DNA from: the human T2T-CHM13v2.0 reference genome, Homo sapiens
Length of the DNA stretch: 64,000 nucleotides
Reading direction: 5' to 3' (one strand)
Assembly: GCF_009914755.1 (NCBI RefSeq)
Contig: NC_060944.1
The position numbers and the translations under genes were made by a program. The notes under the pieces were generated by a model, which made no database searches, had not been told where the DNA came from, and saw nothing but the letters and a program-made list of their open reading frames with translations. This document shows, piece after piece, positions 12,681 to 24,600 of the stretch; positions within the stretch are counted from its first letter, which is position 1, and each line of letters starts with the position of its first letter.

Positions 12681-15600
12681 AATTGAATGTAGTGGAATGG
12701 AATGGAATGGATTGGAGTGGAGTTGAGTGGAGTGGAACAGAATAGGATGGAGTGGAGAGCAGTGTAGTGGATTGGAGTGGAATGGAATGGAGTGGAGTGA
12801 AGTGGAATGGATGGAATGGAATGAAATTGAATGCAATGGTGAAATGAAATGTGAGCTGACATTTTGCCACTGCACTCCAACCTGTGTGACAGAGTGAGAT
12901 CCTGTCGAAAGAAAGGAATGGAATAGAATGGAGTGAAGTGCTATGCAATGGAACGGGATGGAGTGCAAAGGAGTGGAGTGGAGGGGAATGGAGTGGAATG
13001 GATTGAGAAGGAACGGAATGAAGTGGAGTGGATTTGAGTGAAGTGGAGTGGAATGGAGTGGAACGGAATGGAATGGAGGGGAGTGGAGTGGAGTGGCAAG
13101 GAATGGAGTGGAATGGAATGGAATGGAATGGTGAAATGAAATGTGAGCTGAAATTGTGCCACTTCACTCCAGGCTGGGTAACAGAGTGCCATGCTGTCGA
13201 ATATAAGGAATGGAAAGGAAAGGAGTGGAATGGAATGGAATAGAATGGAGTGATGTAAAGTGGAATGGAGTGGAATGGAATGGAGTGGAAAGGAATGGAA
13301 TGGAATGGAATGGAATGGAATGGAATGGAATGGAGTGGAGCAGAGTGAAGTGGAATGGAGTGGAGTGGAATGGTATGGATTGGGATGGTACCAAAGGGAA
13401 AGAAGTGGAGGAGAGTGGAGTGGAGTCGAAGGGAGAGGAGTGGAGTGGAATGATATTGGATGCAATAGGATGGAGTGGAGTGGAGAGGAGTGGAGTGGAA
13501 TGATATTGGATGCAATAGGATGGAGTGGAGTGGAGAGGAGTGGAGTGGAGTCTAGGGGAGAGGAGTGGATTGGAATGCAATTGGATGCAATGGAATGGAG
13601 TGGAGTGGAGTGGGTTGGAAAGGAGTATGGTAGAGAGAATTGGAATGAAATGGAATGGAATGCTATGGAATGGAACAGAGTGGAGTGGAGTGAAGTGGAG
13701 TGGAACTTAATGTAGTGGAATGGAATGGAATGGAATGGAATGGAATGGAATGGAATGATGAAATGAAATGTGAGCTGAGATTGTGCCACTGCACTCCAGC
13801 CTGGGTGACAGAGTGAGACCCTGTCAAAAGAAAGGAATGGAATGGAAAGGAATGGAATGAAAGGGAATGGAATGGAGTGGTGAGGAATGGAGTGGAGTGG
13901 AGTATAGTGCAATGGAGTGGAATGGAATGGGATGGAAAGGAATGGAGTGGAGTGGAGTGGAGTGGAATGGAATGGAATAGAGTGCAGTGGAGTGGAGGGG
14001 AAAGGGGTGGAGTGGATAGGAGTGGAATGGAATGGATTGGAATGGAATGGAATGGATTGGAATGGAATGGAAGGAAATGAAATGGAATGGAATGCAATAT
14101 AATGGAATGCAAAGGAATGCAATGGAATGGAATGGTGAAATGAAATGTGAGCTGAGATAGTGCCACTGAACTTCGGCCTGGGTGACAGAGTGAGATCTTG
14201 TCGAAAGAAAGTAATGGAAACAGATGGAGTGGAATGGAATGCAATGGAGTGGAGTGGAGTGGATTTGAGTGGAGTGGAGTGGAGTGGAATGGAGTGGAAT
14301 GGAATGGGGTGGAGCAGAATGTAATGGAGTGGAGGGGAGTGGAGTGGAGTGGGGTGGAGTGCATTAGGGTGGAATTGAATGAGATGGAATGGAACGGAGT
14401 GGAGTGGAGTGGAGTGGAGTGGAGTGGAATGGAGTGGAATGGAATGGAGAAGAATGTAATGGAGTGGAAAGAATTGAAGTGGAGTGGAGTAGAATGGAGT
14501 GGAATGGAAGGAACAAAATGGAGTAGAATGGAATAGAATGGAATCGTGAAATGAAATGTTCGCTGAGATTATGACACTGCACTCCATCCTGGGTGACAGA
14601 GTGAGATCCTGTCAACAGAAAGGAATGGAATGGAATGGAATGGAATGGAATGGAATGGAATGGAATGGAATGGAATGGAGTGGAGTGGAGTGGAATGGAG
14701 GGGAATAGAATGGGATGGAGTGGAATGGAATGGAGAGGAGTGGAGTGGAATGAAATTGAGTTGAAAGGAATGGGATGGAAAGGAATGGACTGGAGTGGAG
14801 TGGAGTTGACTGGAGTGGAATGGAGTGGAATGGAAAGAGACATAATGGAATGGAATGCAGTGGAGTGGAGTAGAGTGGAGTGGAGTGGAGGGGAGTGGAG
14901 TGGAAAGGAATGGAATGGAATGCAATGCAATGGAATGGAATGGAATGCAATGGAAGGGAATGGAATTGAACGGTGAACTGAAACATGGGCCGAGATTGTG
15001 CAACTTCACTCCAGCCTGGTTGACAGAGTGAGATACTGTTGAAAGAAAAGAAAGGAATGGAATGGATTGGAATAAAATAGAATGGAATGGAATGGAGTGG
15101 ACTGGAGTGGAGTCGAATGGAATGGAGTAGAGTGGAAGGGAGTGGAATGGAATGGGATGGAAGGGAATGGAATGGAGTGGAGTGGAGTGGGGTGGAAATG
15201 AATGGGATGGAGTGGAGTGGAATGGAGTGGTGTGGAGTGGAGTGGAGTGGAGTGGAATGGAATGGAATGGAAAGGAATGGAATGAAATTGAATTCAATGG
15301 TGAAATGAAATTTGAACTGAGATTCTGCCACTGCACTCCAGCCTTGGTAAAAGAGTGAGATCCTGTTGAGTGAATGGAATAGAATGGAATGGAGGAGAAT
15401 GGAATGGAATGGAGTGGAGTGGAGTGGAATGGAGAGGAATGGAATGGGATGGAGTGGAATGGAATGGAGTGGTGTGGAGTGCAGTGGAGTGGAGTGGAAT
15501 GGAGTGGAATGGAATGGGATGGAATGGAATGAAATGGAGAAGAGTGGAGTGCAGGGGAGTGGAGTGGATTGCAGAGGATTGAAATGGGATGGAGTGGAGT

Positions 15601-18600
15601 TGAGTGGAGTTGAGCGGAGTGGAGTGGAATGGAGTGGAATGGAATGGGATGGGATGGGATGGAATGGAGTGGAGTGGAGTGGAGGGGAGTGGAATGGAGT
15701 GGAGTGGAATGGAATGGAATGGACTGACATAGAATGGAATGGAATGTCACAGAATGGAATGGTGAAATGAAATGTGAGCTGAGATTGTGCCGCTGCACTG
15801 CAGCCTGTGTGACAGAGTGAGATCCTGTTGAAAGAAAGGAATGTAACGGAATGGAGTGGAATGGAATGGAGTGGAGTGCGGTGGAGTGGAGTGGAGTAGA
15901 ATGGAATGGAAAGGAATGAAATGAATGCAATGGAATGGAATGGAATGGAATGCAATGGAATGGAATGCAGTGGAATGGAATGCAGTACAATGGAAATGGT
16001 GAAATGAAATCTGAGTTGAGTTTGTGCTACTGCACTCCCGCCTGGGTGACAGAGTGAGATCCTGTTGAAAGAAAGTAATGGAATGGAATGGTGTGTAATG
16101 GAAAGGAATGGAGTGGAGTGGAGTGGAACGGAATACAATGGAGTGGAGAGCAGTGTAGTTGAGAGGAGTGGAATGGAATGGAGTGGAGTGGAGTGGAATG
16201 GACGGAATGGAATGAAATTGAATGCAATGGTGAAATGAAATGTGAGCGGACATTGTGCCACTGCACTCCAGCTAGTGTGACAGAGTGAGATCCTGTCGAA
16301 AGAAAGGAATGGAATGCAATGGAATGGAATGGAATGGAATGGAATGGAATGGAATGGAATGGAATGGAATAGAATGGAGTGGAGTGGAGTGGAGTGGAGT
16401 GGAGTGGAGTGGAGTGGAGTGGAGTGGAGTGTAATGGAACAGGATGGAGTGGAATGGAATGGAGTGGAGTGGAGTGGAGTGGAATGGAATGGAATTGAAT
16501 GGAATGGAATACAGAGGAGTGTAGTGGAGGGAAGTGGAGTGGAGAGGAATGGAATGGGATGGAATGGGATGGAGTGGAGTGGAGTGGAGTGGAATGCAGT
16601 GGAATGGAATGGGTTGGGATGCAACGGAATGGAACGGAATGCAATGGAATGGAATGGAATACAAAGGAATGCAATGGAATGGAATGCAATGAAATGGAAT
16701 GGTGAAATGAAATGTGAGCTGAGATGGTGCCACTGCACTCCACCCTGGGTGACAGAGTGAGATCCTGTTGAAAGAAAGGAATGGAGTTGAATGGAGTGGA
16801 ATGGAGTGGAGTGGAGTGGATTGGAGCGGAAAGGAGTGGAATGGAATGTGAGGAATCGAATGGAGTGGAGCGAAGCAGACTGGAGTGGAATGGATTGGAG
16901 TGGAGTGGAGGGGAAGGGAGTGGAGTGGAGTGGAGGCGAAGGGAGTGGAGTGGATTGGAGTGGATTGGAATGGCATGAAATGGAATGGAATGGATTGGTG
17001 AAATCACATGTGAGCTGAGATTGTGCCATTGCACTCCAGCCTGGGTGACAGGGTGAGATCCTGTCGAAAGAAAGGAATGGAAAGGAATGCAGTGGAATGG
17101 AATGGAATGGAATGGAGTGCAAAGGAGTGGAGTGGAGTGGAGTGGAATGGAGTGGAATGGATTGGGAAAGAATGGAATGAAGTGGAATGAGTGAAGTGGA
17201 GTGAAGTGGAGTAGAGTGGAGTGGAATGGAGTGGAACGGAATGGAATGGAATGGAATGGAGGGGAGTGGAGAGGAGTGGAACGGAATGGAGTGGAATGGA
17301 ATGGAATGGAATGGAATGGAATGGAATGCAACGGAATGGTGAAATGAAATGTGAGCTGAGATTGTGCCACTGCACTCCAGACTGGGTGACAGAGTGTGAT
17401 CCTTTCGAATGTAAGGAATGGAATGGAATAGAGTGGAATGGAATGGAGTGGAATGGAATGGAATAGAATGGAGTGGAGTGGAATGGAATGGAGTAGAAAG
17501 GAATGGAATGGAATGGAGTGGAGCAGAGTGAAGTGGAGTGGAGTGGAATGGAATGGAATGGGATGGTATCGAATGGAATGAAGTGGAGGGGAGTGGAGTG
17601 GAGTCGAGGGGAGAGAAGTGGAGTGGAATGCAATTGGATGCAATGGAATGGAGTGGAGTGGAGAGGAGTGGAGTGGAGTAGAATGAATTGGAATGAAATG
17701 GAATGGAATGGTATGGAATGGAACGGAGTGGAGTGGAGAGGAGTGGAGTGGAAGGGAATGTAGTGGAATGGAATGGAATGGAATGGAATGATGAAATGAA
17801 ATGTGAGCTGAGACTGTGCCACTGCACTCCAGCCTTGGTGACAGAGTAAGATCCTGTCAAAAGAAAGGAATGGAATGGAAAGGAGTGGAATGGAATGGAG
17901 TGGTGAGGAGTTGAGTGGAATATAGTACAATGGAGTGGAATGGAATGGGATGGACAGGAATGGAGTGGAGTGGATTATAGTGCAATGGAGTGGAATGGAA
18001 TGGGATGGAAAAGAATGGAGTGGAATGGAGTGGAGTGGATTATAGTGCAATGGAGTAGAATGGAATGGGATGGAAAGAAATGGAGTGGAGTGGAGTGGAG
18101 TGGAATGGAATGGAATGGAGTGGAGTGGAGTGGAGTGGAACATAATGGAGTGGATAGGAGTGGAATGGAATGGAATTGAATGGAATGGAATGGAATGCAA
18201 TGGAATGGAATGCGATGGAATGCAATGGAATGGAATGGTGAAATCAAATGTGATCTGAGATTGTGCCACTGCACTCCAGCTAGTGACAGAGTGAGATCCT
18301 GTCAAAAGAAAGGAATGGAAAGGAATGCAGTGGAATGGATTGGAATGGAATCGAATGGAGTGGAGTGAAGAGGACTGGAGTGGAATGGATTGGAGTGGAG
18401 TAGAGTGGAGTGGAATGGAGTGGAGTGGATTGGAGTGGATTGGAATGGAATGAATTGGAATGGAATGGATTGGATTGGTGAAATCAAATGTGATCTGAGA
18501 TTGTGCCACTGCACTCCAGCCAGTGACAGAGTGAGATCCTGTTGAAAGAAAGGAATGGAAAGGAATGCAGTGGAATGGATTGGAATGGAGTGGAGTGAAG

Positions 18601-21600
18601 TGGAGTGGAGCGGAGTGGAATGGAGAGGAATCAACAGGGATGGAATGAAATGGAATGAAGTGGAGTGGAGTGCAGTGGAATGGGGCAGAACGGAATGGGA
18701 TGGAGTGGAATGGAGTGGGGTGGAGTGGAGTGGAGTGGAGAGGAGTGGAGTCGAGTGGAATGGAGTTGAATGAAGTAGGATTGAATGGAATGGCATGGAG
18801 TGTAGTGGAGTGGAGAAGAGTAGAATGGCATGGCATGGAATGGACTGGAGTGGAATGGAGTGGAGTGGAGTGGAGTGGAGTGGAATGGAATTGAATGGCA
18901 TGGATTGGAACGGAATGGAATGGAATGGTGAAATGAAATGTGAGCTGAGATTGTGCCACTACACTCCAGCCTGGGTGACAGAGTGAAATCCTGTTGAAAG
19001 AAAGGAATGGAATGGAAAGGAGTGGAATGGAATGGAATGGATTGGAGTGGAGTGGAGTATAGTGGAATGGAGTTGAATGGAATGGAGTGGAGTGGAGTAT
19101 AGTGGAATGGAGTGGAATAGAAAGGGATGGAATGGAGTGGAGTGGAGTGGATTGGAGTGGAATGGAATGTAATGGAATGGAGTGCTGTGGAGTGGAGTGG
19201 AGTGGAGTGGAATGTAATTAAATGGAATCACATGGAATGGAATGGAATGCAATGGAATTTAATGGAATGGAATGCAATGGAATGAAATGGAATGGAATGA
19301 AATGGAACGCAATGGAATGGAAGGGTGAAATGAAATGTTAATTGAGTTTGGGCCACCGGACTGCAGCCTCAGTGACAGGAATGGAATTGAATGGAGTGTA
19401 TTGGAATGTAATGGAATGGAGTGGAGTGGAGTTGCGTGTACTGGAGTGGAGTGGAGTGGAGTGCAGTGGAGTGGACTGGAGTGGAGTGGAGTCGAGTGGA
19501 ATGGAGTGGAATGGAATGGGTCAAATGGAATGTAATGGAGTGGAGAGGAGTGGAGTGGAGTGGAATGGAGAGGAATTGAATGGGATGGAATGGAATGGAG
19601 TGGAGCGGAATAGAGTGGAGAGGAGTAAAGTGGAATGGAGTGCAATGGAATGGGATGGAGTGGAATGTAATGGAATGGAAAGGAGTGGAGTGGAGTGGAG
19701 TGGAATGGAGTGGAATGGGATGGGATGGAATAGAATGGAATGGAATCGTGTAATGAAACCTTAGCTGAGATTATGACACTGCACTCCAACCTTGGTGACA
19801 GAGATCCTGTTGACAGAAAGGAATGGAATAGAATGGAATGCAATGGAATGGAATGGAGTGGAGTGGAATGGAATGGAATGGAATGGGATGGAGTGGAATG
19901 GAATGGAGTGGATTGGAGTGGTGTGGATGGAAGTGGAATGGAGTGGAATGGAATGGGATGGAATGGAATGCAGTGGAGTGGAATGGAGTCTAGTTGAGTG
20001 GAATGGAATGGAGTGGGATGGAAAGGAATGGAAAGAAATGGAATGGACTGGAGTAGAGTGGAGTGGAGTAGAATGGAGAGGAATGGAATGGAGAGGAGTG
20101 GAATGGAATGGAATGGAATGGAATGGAATAGAATGGTGAAACGAAATGTCAGCTGAGATTGTGCCACTGCGCTCCATCCTGGGTGACACAGTGAGATCCT
20201 GTCGAAAGAAAGGAATGGAATGGAATGGAGGGGAATGCAATGGAATAGAATGGAATGGAATGGAATGGAACGGAACGGAATGGAACGGAACGGAGCGGAG
20301 TGGAGTGGAGTGGAGTGGAATGGAATGGAATGGAATGGAATGGAATGGAAGAGAGTGGAGTGGAGTGGAGTGGACTGGAATGGAGTGGAATGGAATGGGA
20401 TATAATGGAATGGAATGCAGTTTAGAGGAGTGGAGTGGAGTCTACTAGAATGGAATGGAATGCAATAGAATGGGATGGTGAAATCTAACGTGGGCTGAGA
20501 TTGTGCCACTGCACTCCAGCCTGGGAGACAGAGTTTGATTCTGTCAAAAGAAAGGAATAGAATGGAATGGAGTGGAGTGCAGTGGAGTGGAATGGAGTGG
20601 AATGGAAAGGGATGGAGTGGAATGGAAAGGAGTGGAGTGGTGTGGAGTGGAATGGAGTTGAATGGAATGGGATGGAATGGAATGTAGTGGAGTGGAGTGG
20701 AGTGGAGGGTAATGGAGTGGAATGCAATGGAATGGAATAGAATAGAATGGTGAAATGAAATGTCAGCTGAGATTGTGCCACTGCACTCCATTCTGGGTGA
20801 CAGAGTAAGATCCTGTCAAAAGAATAGAATGGAAGGAATGAGGAGGAATGGAATGGAATGGAATGGAATGGAATGGATTAGAGTGGAGTGGAGTGGAGTG
20901 GAGTGGAGTGGAGTGGAATTTAATGGGATGGAATGGAATGCAATGGAGTGGAGTGGAGTGGTGTACAGTGGAGTGGAGTGTAGTAGAATGGAGTGTAGTA
21001 GAATGGAGTGGAATAGAATGGGATGGAATGAAATGGAGTGTAGTGTAGTAGAATGGAGTGGAATAGAATGGGATGGAATGAAATGGAGTGGAGTGGAGTG
21101 GAATGGAGTGTAGTGTAGGGGAGTGGAGTGGAGTGGAATGGAATGGTGCAATCAAAGGTGAGCTGAGATTGTGCCACTGCACTCCAGCCTGGGTGACAGG
21201 GTGAGATCCTGTTGAAATAAATTAATGGAATGAAATGGAGTGGAATGGAAAGGAATGGAGTGGAATGGAAAGGAACGGAGTGGATTTGATTGGAGTGGAG
21301 TGGAGGGGAGTGGAATAGAATTGAGTGGAATGGAATTTTATGGAATGGAATTTAATGGAGTGGAGTTGAGTGGAGTGAAGTGGAATGGAATGGAATGGAA
21401 TGGAATGGAATGGAATGGAATGGAATGGAATGGTGAAATGAAATGTGAGCTGAGATTTTGTCACTGCACTCCATCCTGGGTGACACAGTGAGATCCTTTC
21501 GAAAGAAAGGAATGCAATGGAATTGAGTGGAATGGAATGGAGTTGAGTGCAGTGGAGTGGAATGGAGTAGAGTGCAGTGGAGTGGAATGGAGTGGAGTGC

Positions 21601-24600
21601 GGTGCAGTGGAATGGAATGGAATGGAATGGAATGTTGAAATGAAAGGTGAGCTGAGATGGTGCCACTGCACTGCAGCCTGGGTGACAGGGTGAGATCCTG
21701 TTGAAAGAAATTATTGGAATGAAATGGAGTGGAATGGAAAGGAATGGAGTGGATTTGATTGGAGTGGAGTGGAGGGGAGTGGAGTAGAATTGAGTGGAAT
21801 GGAATTTTATGGAATGGAATTTAATGGAGTGGAGTTGAGTGGAGTGAAGTGGAATGGAATGGAATGGTGAAATGAAATGTGAGCTGAGATTTTGTCACTG
21901 CATTCCAGCCTGGGTGACACAGTGAGATCCACTCGAAAGAAAGGAATGCAATAGAATTGAGTGGAATGGAATGGAGTTGAGTGCAGTGGAGTGGAATGGA
22001 GTGGAGTGCGGTGCAGTGGAATGGAATGTTGAAATGAAAGGTGAGCTGAGATTGTGCCACTGCACTCTAGCCTGGGTGACAGAGTGAGATCCTGTCGAAA
22101 GAAATGAATGGAATGAAATATAGTGGAATGGAATGGGAAGGAATGGAGTGGAGTTGAGTGGAGGGGAGTGGAGTGGAATGGAATGGAATGGAATGGTGAA
22201 ATGAAATTTGAGTTGAGTGGAATGGAGTGGAGTGAAGTGGAATGGAGTGGAATGGAATGGGATGGAATTGAATGGAGTGGAGTGGAGTGGAGTAGAGTGG
22301 AATTTAATGGAATGGAATCGAATTGAATGGAATGGAATGGTGAAATGAAATGTGGGCTGAGATTTTTGCACTGCACTCCAGCCTGGGTGACAGAGTGAGA
22401 TCCTGTCGAAAGAAAGGAATGGAATGGAATGGAGTGGAATGGAATGGAATGGAACGGAGTGGAATGGAATTGAATGGAATGGAATGGAGTTGAGTGGAGT
22501 GCAGTGCAGTGGAGTGGAGTAGAGTGCTGTGGATTGTAATGGGGTGGAATGGAATGGTATGTAATGGAATGGAATGGAGGTGGAGTGGAGTGGAGTCGAG
22601 TGGCGTGGAATGGAATGGGATGGAATGGAGTGGAATGGAGTGGATGGAAGTGGAGTGGAGTGCAATGGAATGACATGGAATAGAATGGAATGGAATGGTG
22701 AAATGAAATATGAGCTGAGATTGTGCCACCGCACTCCAGCCTGTGTGACAGAGTGAGATCCTTTCGAAAGAAAGGTATGGAATGGAATCGAGTCGAATGG
22801 AATGGAATGGAATGAAGTATAGTGTAGTGGACTGGAGTGGAGTGGAGTGGAATGGAGTGGAATGGAATGGGATGGAATGGAATGGAGTGGAGTAGAGTGG
22901 CGTAGAGTGGACTGGAGTGGAATTGAGTGGAGTGGAGTGGAATGGAGTGGAATGGAATGGGGTGGAATGGAATGGAGTGGAGTGGAGTGCAGTGGAGTGG
23001 AATGGAATGGAACAGAATGGAAAGAAATGGAATGGAATGGAATGGAGTGGAATGGAATGGAATGGAATGGAATCGAATGGAGAGGGGTGGAGTGGAGTCG
23101 AGTGGAGAGGAGTGGAATGGAGTGGATTGGGATTGGATGGAATGGAATGGAATGTAGCGGAGCAGAGTGGAGTGGAATGGAGTGGAATGGACGGGAATGT
23201 AATGGAATGGAATGGCATGGAGTGGAGTGGGTTGGAATTAAACGGAATGGAATGGAATGTAGTGGAGTAGAGTGGAGTGGAATGGAGTGGAATGGACGGG
23301 AATGTAATGGAATGGAATGGAATATAGTGGAGTACAGTGGAGTGGAATGGAGTGGAATGGACGGGAATGTAATGGAATGGAATGGCGTGGAGTTGAGAGG
23401 ATTGGAATTAAATGGAATGGAAAGGAATGGTGAAATGAAATGTGAGCTGAGATTGTGCCACTACACTCCAGCCTCAGTGACAGAGTGAGACCCTCTTGAA
23501 GGAAAGGAATGGAATGGAATGGAGTGAAATGGAATAGAATGGAGCGGAGAGTAGTGGACTGGAGTGGAGTGGAGTGGAGTGGAATGGAATGGTTTGGAGT
23601 GCAATTGAATGGAGTGGAGTGGAGTGGAGTGAAGTGGAGTGAAATGGAGTGGAATGGAATGGGATGGAATCGAATGGAGTGGAGTGTTGTGGAATGGAGT
23701 GGACTGGAGTGGAATGGAGTGGAATGGAATGGGATGGAATGAAATGGAGTGTAGTGGAGTGGAATAGAATGGCATGGAATATAATGGAAGGGAATGGAAT
23801 GTAAAGTAATGGAATAGAATGGTGAAATGAAATGTGAACTGAAATTGTGTCACTGTACTCCAGCCTGGGTGACAGACTGAGATCCTATCAAAAGAAAGAA
23901 ATGGAATGGAATGGAGTAGAATGGAATGGAATGGAGTGGAGTGGAGTGGAGTGGAGTGGAGTGGAATGGAGTGGAATGGAATGGAATGGAATGGAATGGA
24001 ATGGAGTGGAGTGGAGTGGAATGGAATGGGGTTGAATGGATATAGTGGATTGGAGTGCAATGGAATGGAATGGAATACAGTGGAATGGAATGGTGAAATG
24101 AAATGTGAGCTGAGATTTTGCCACTGCACTCCAGCCTGGGGGACAGAGTGAGATCCTGTCGAAAGAAAGGAATGGAATGGAATGGAGTGTAATGGAATGG
24201 AATGGAGTGGAATGGAGTGGAATGGAGTGGAGTGGAGTGCAGGGGAATGGACTGGAATGGAATGGGATAGAGTGGAATGGAATGAAGTGGAGTGGAGTGG
24301 AGTGGAGTGGAGTGGAATGGAGTGGAATGGAGTGGAATGGAATGGGATGGAATGGAGTGGGGTGGAGTGGAATGGAGTGGAATGGAATGGAATGCAATGG
24401 AATGGAATGGAGTGGAGTGAAATGGAGTAGAGTGGAGTGGAGTGGAATGGAATGGAGTGGAGTGAAATGGAGTGGAGTGGAGTGGAATGGAATGGAATAG
24501 AATTGAGTGGCATGGAATGGAATGGAATGCAATGCAATGGAATGCAATGGAATGGATTGGTGAAATGAAATGTGAGCTGAGATTGTGCCACTGAACTCCA

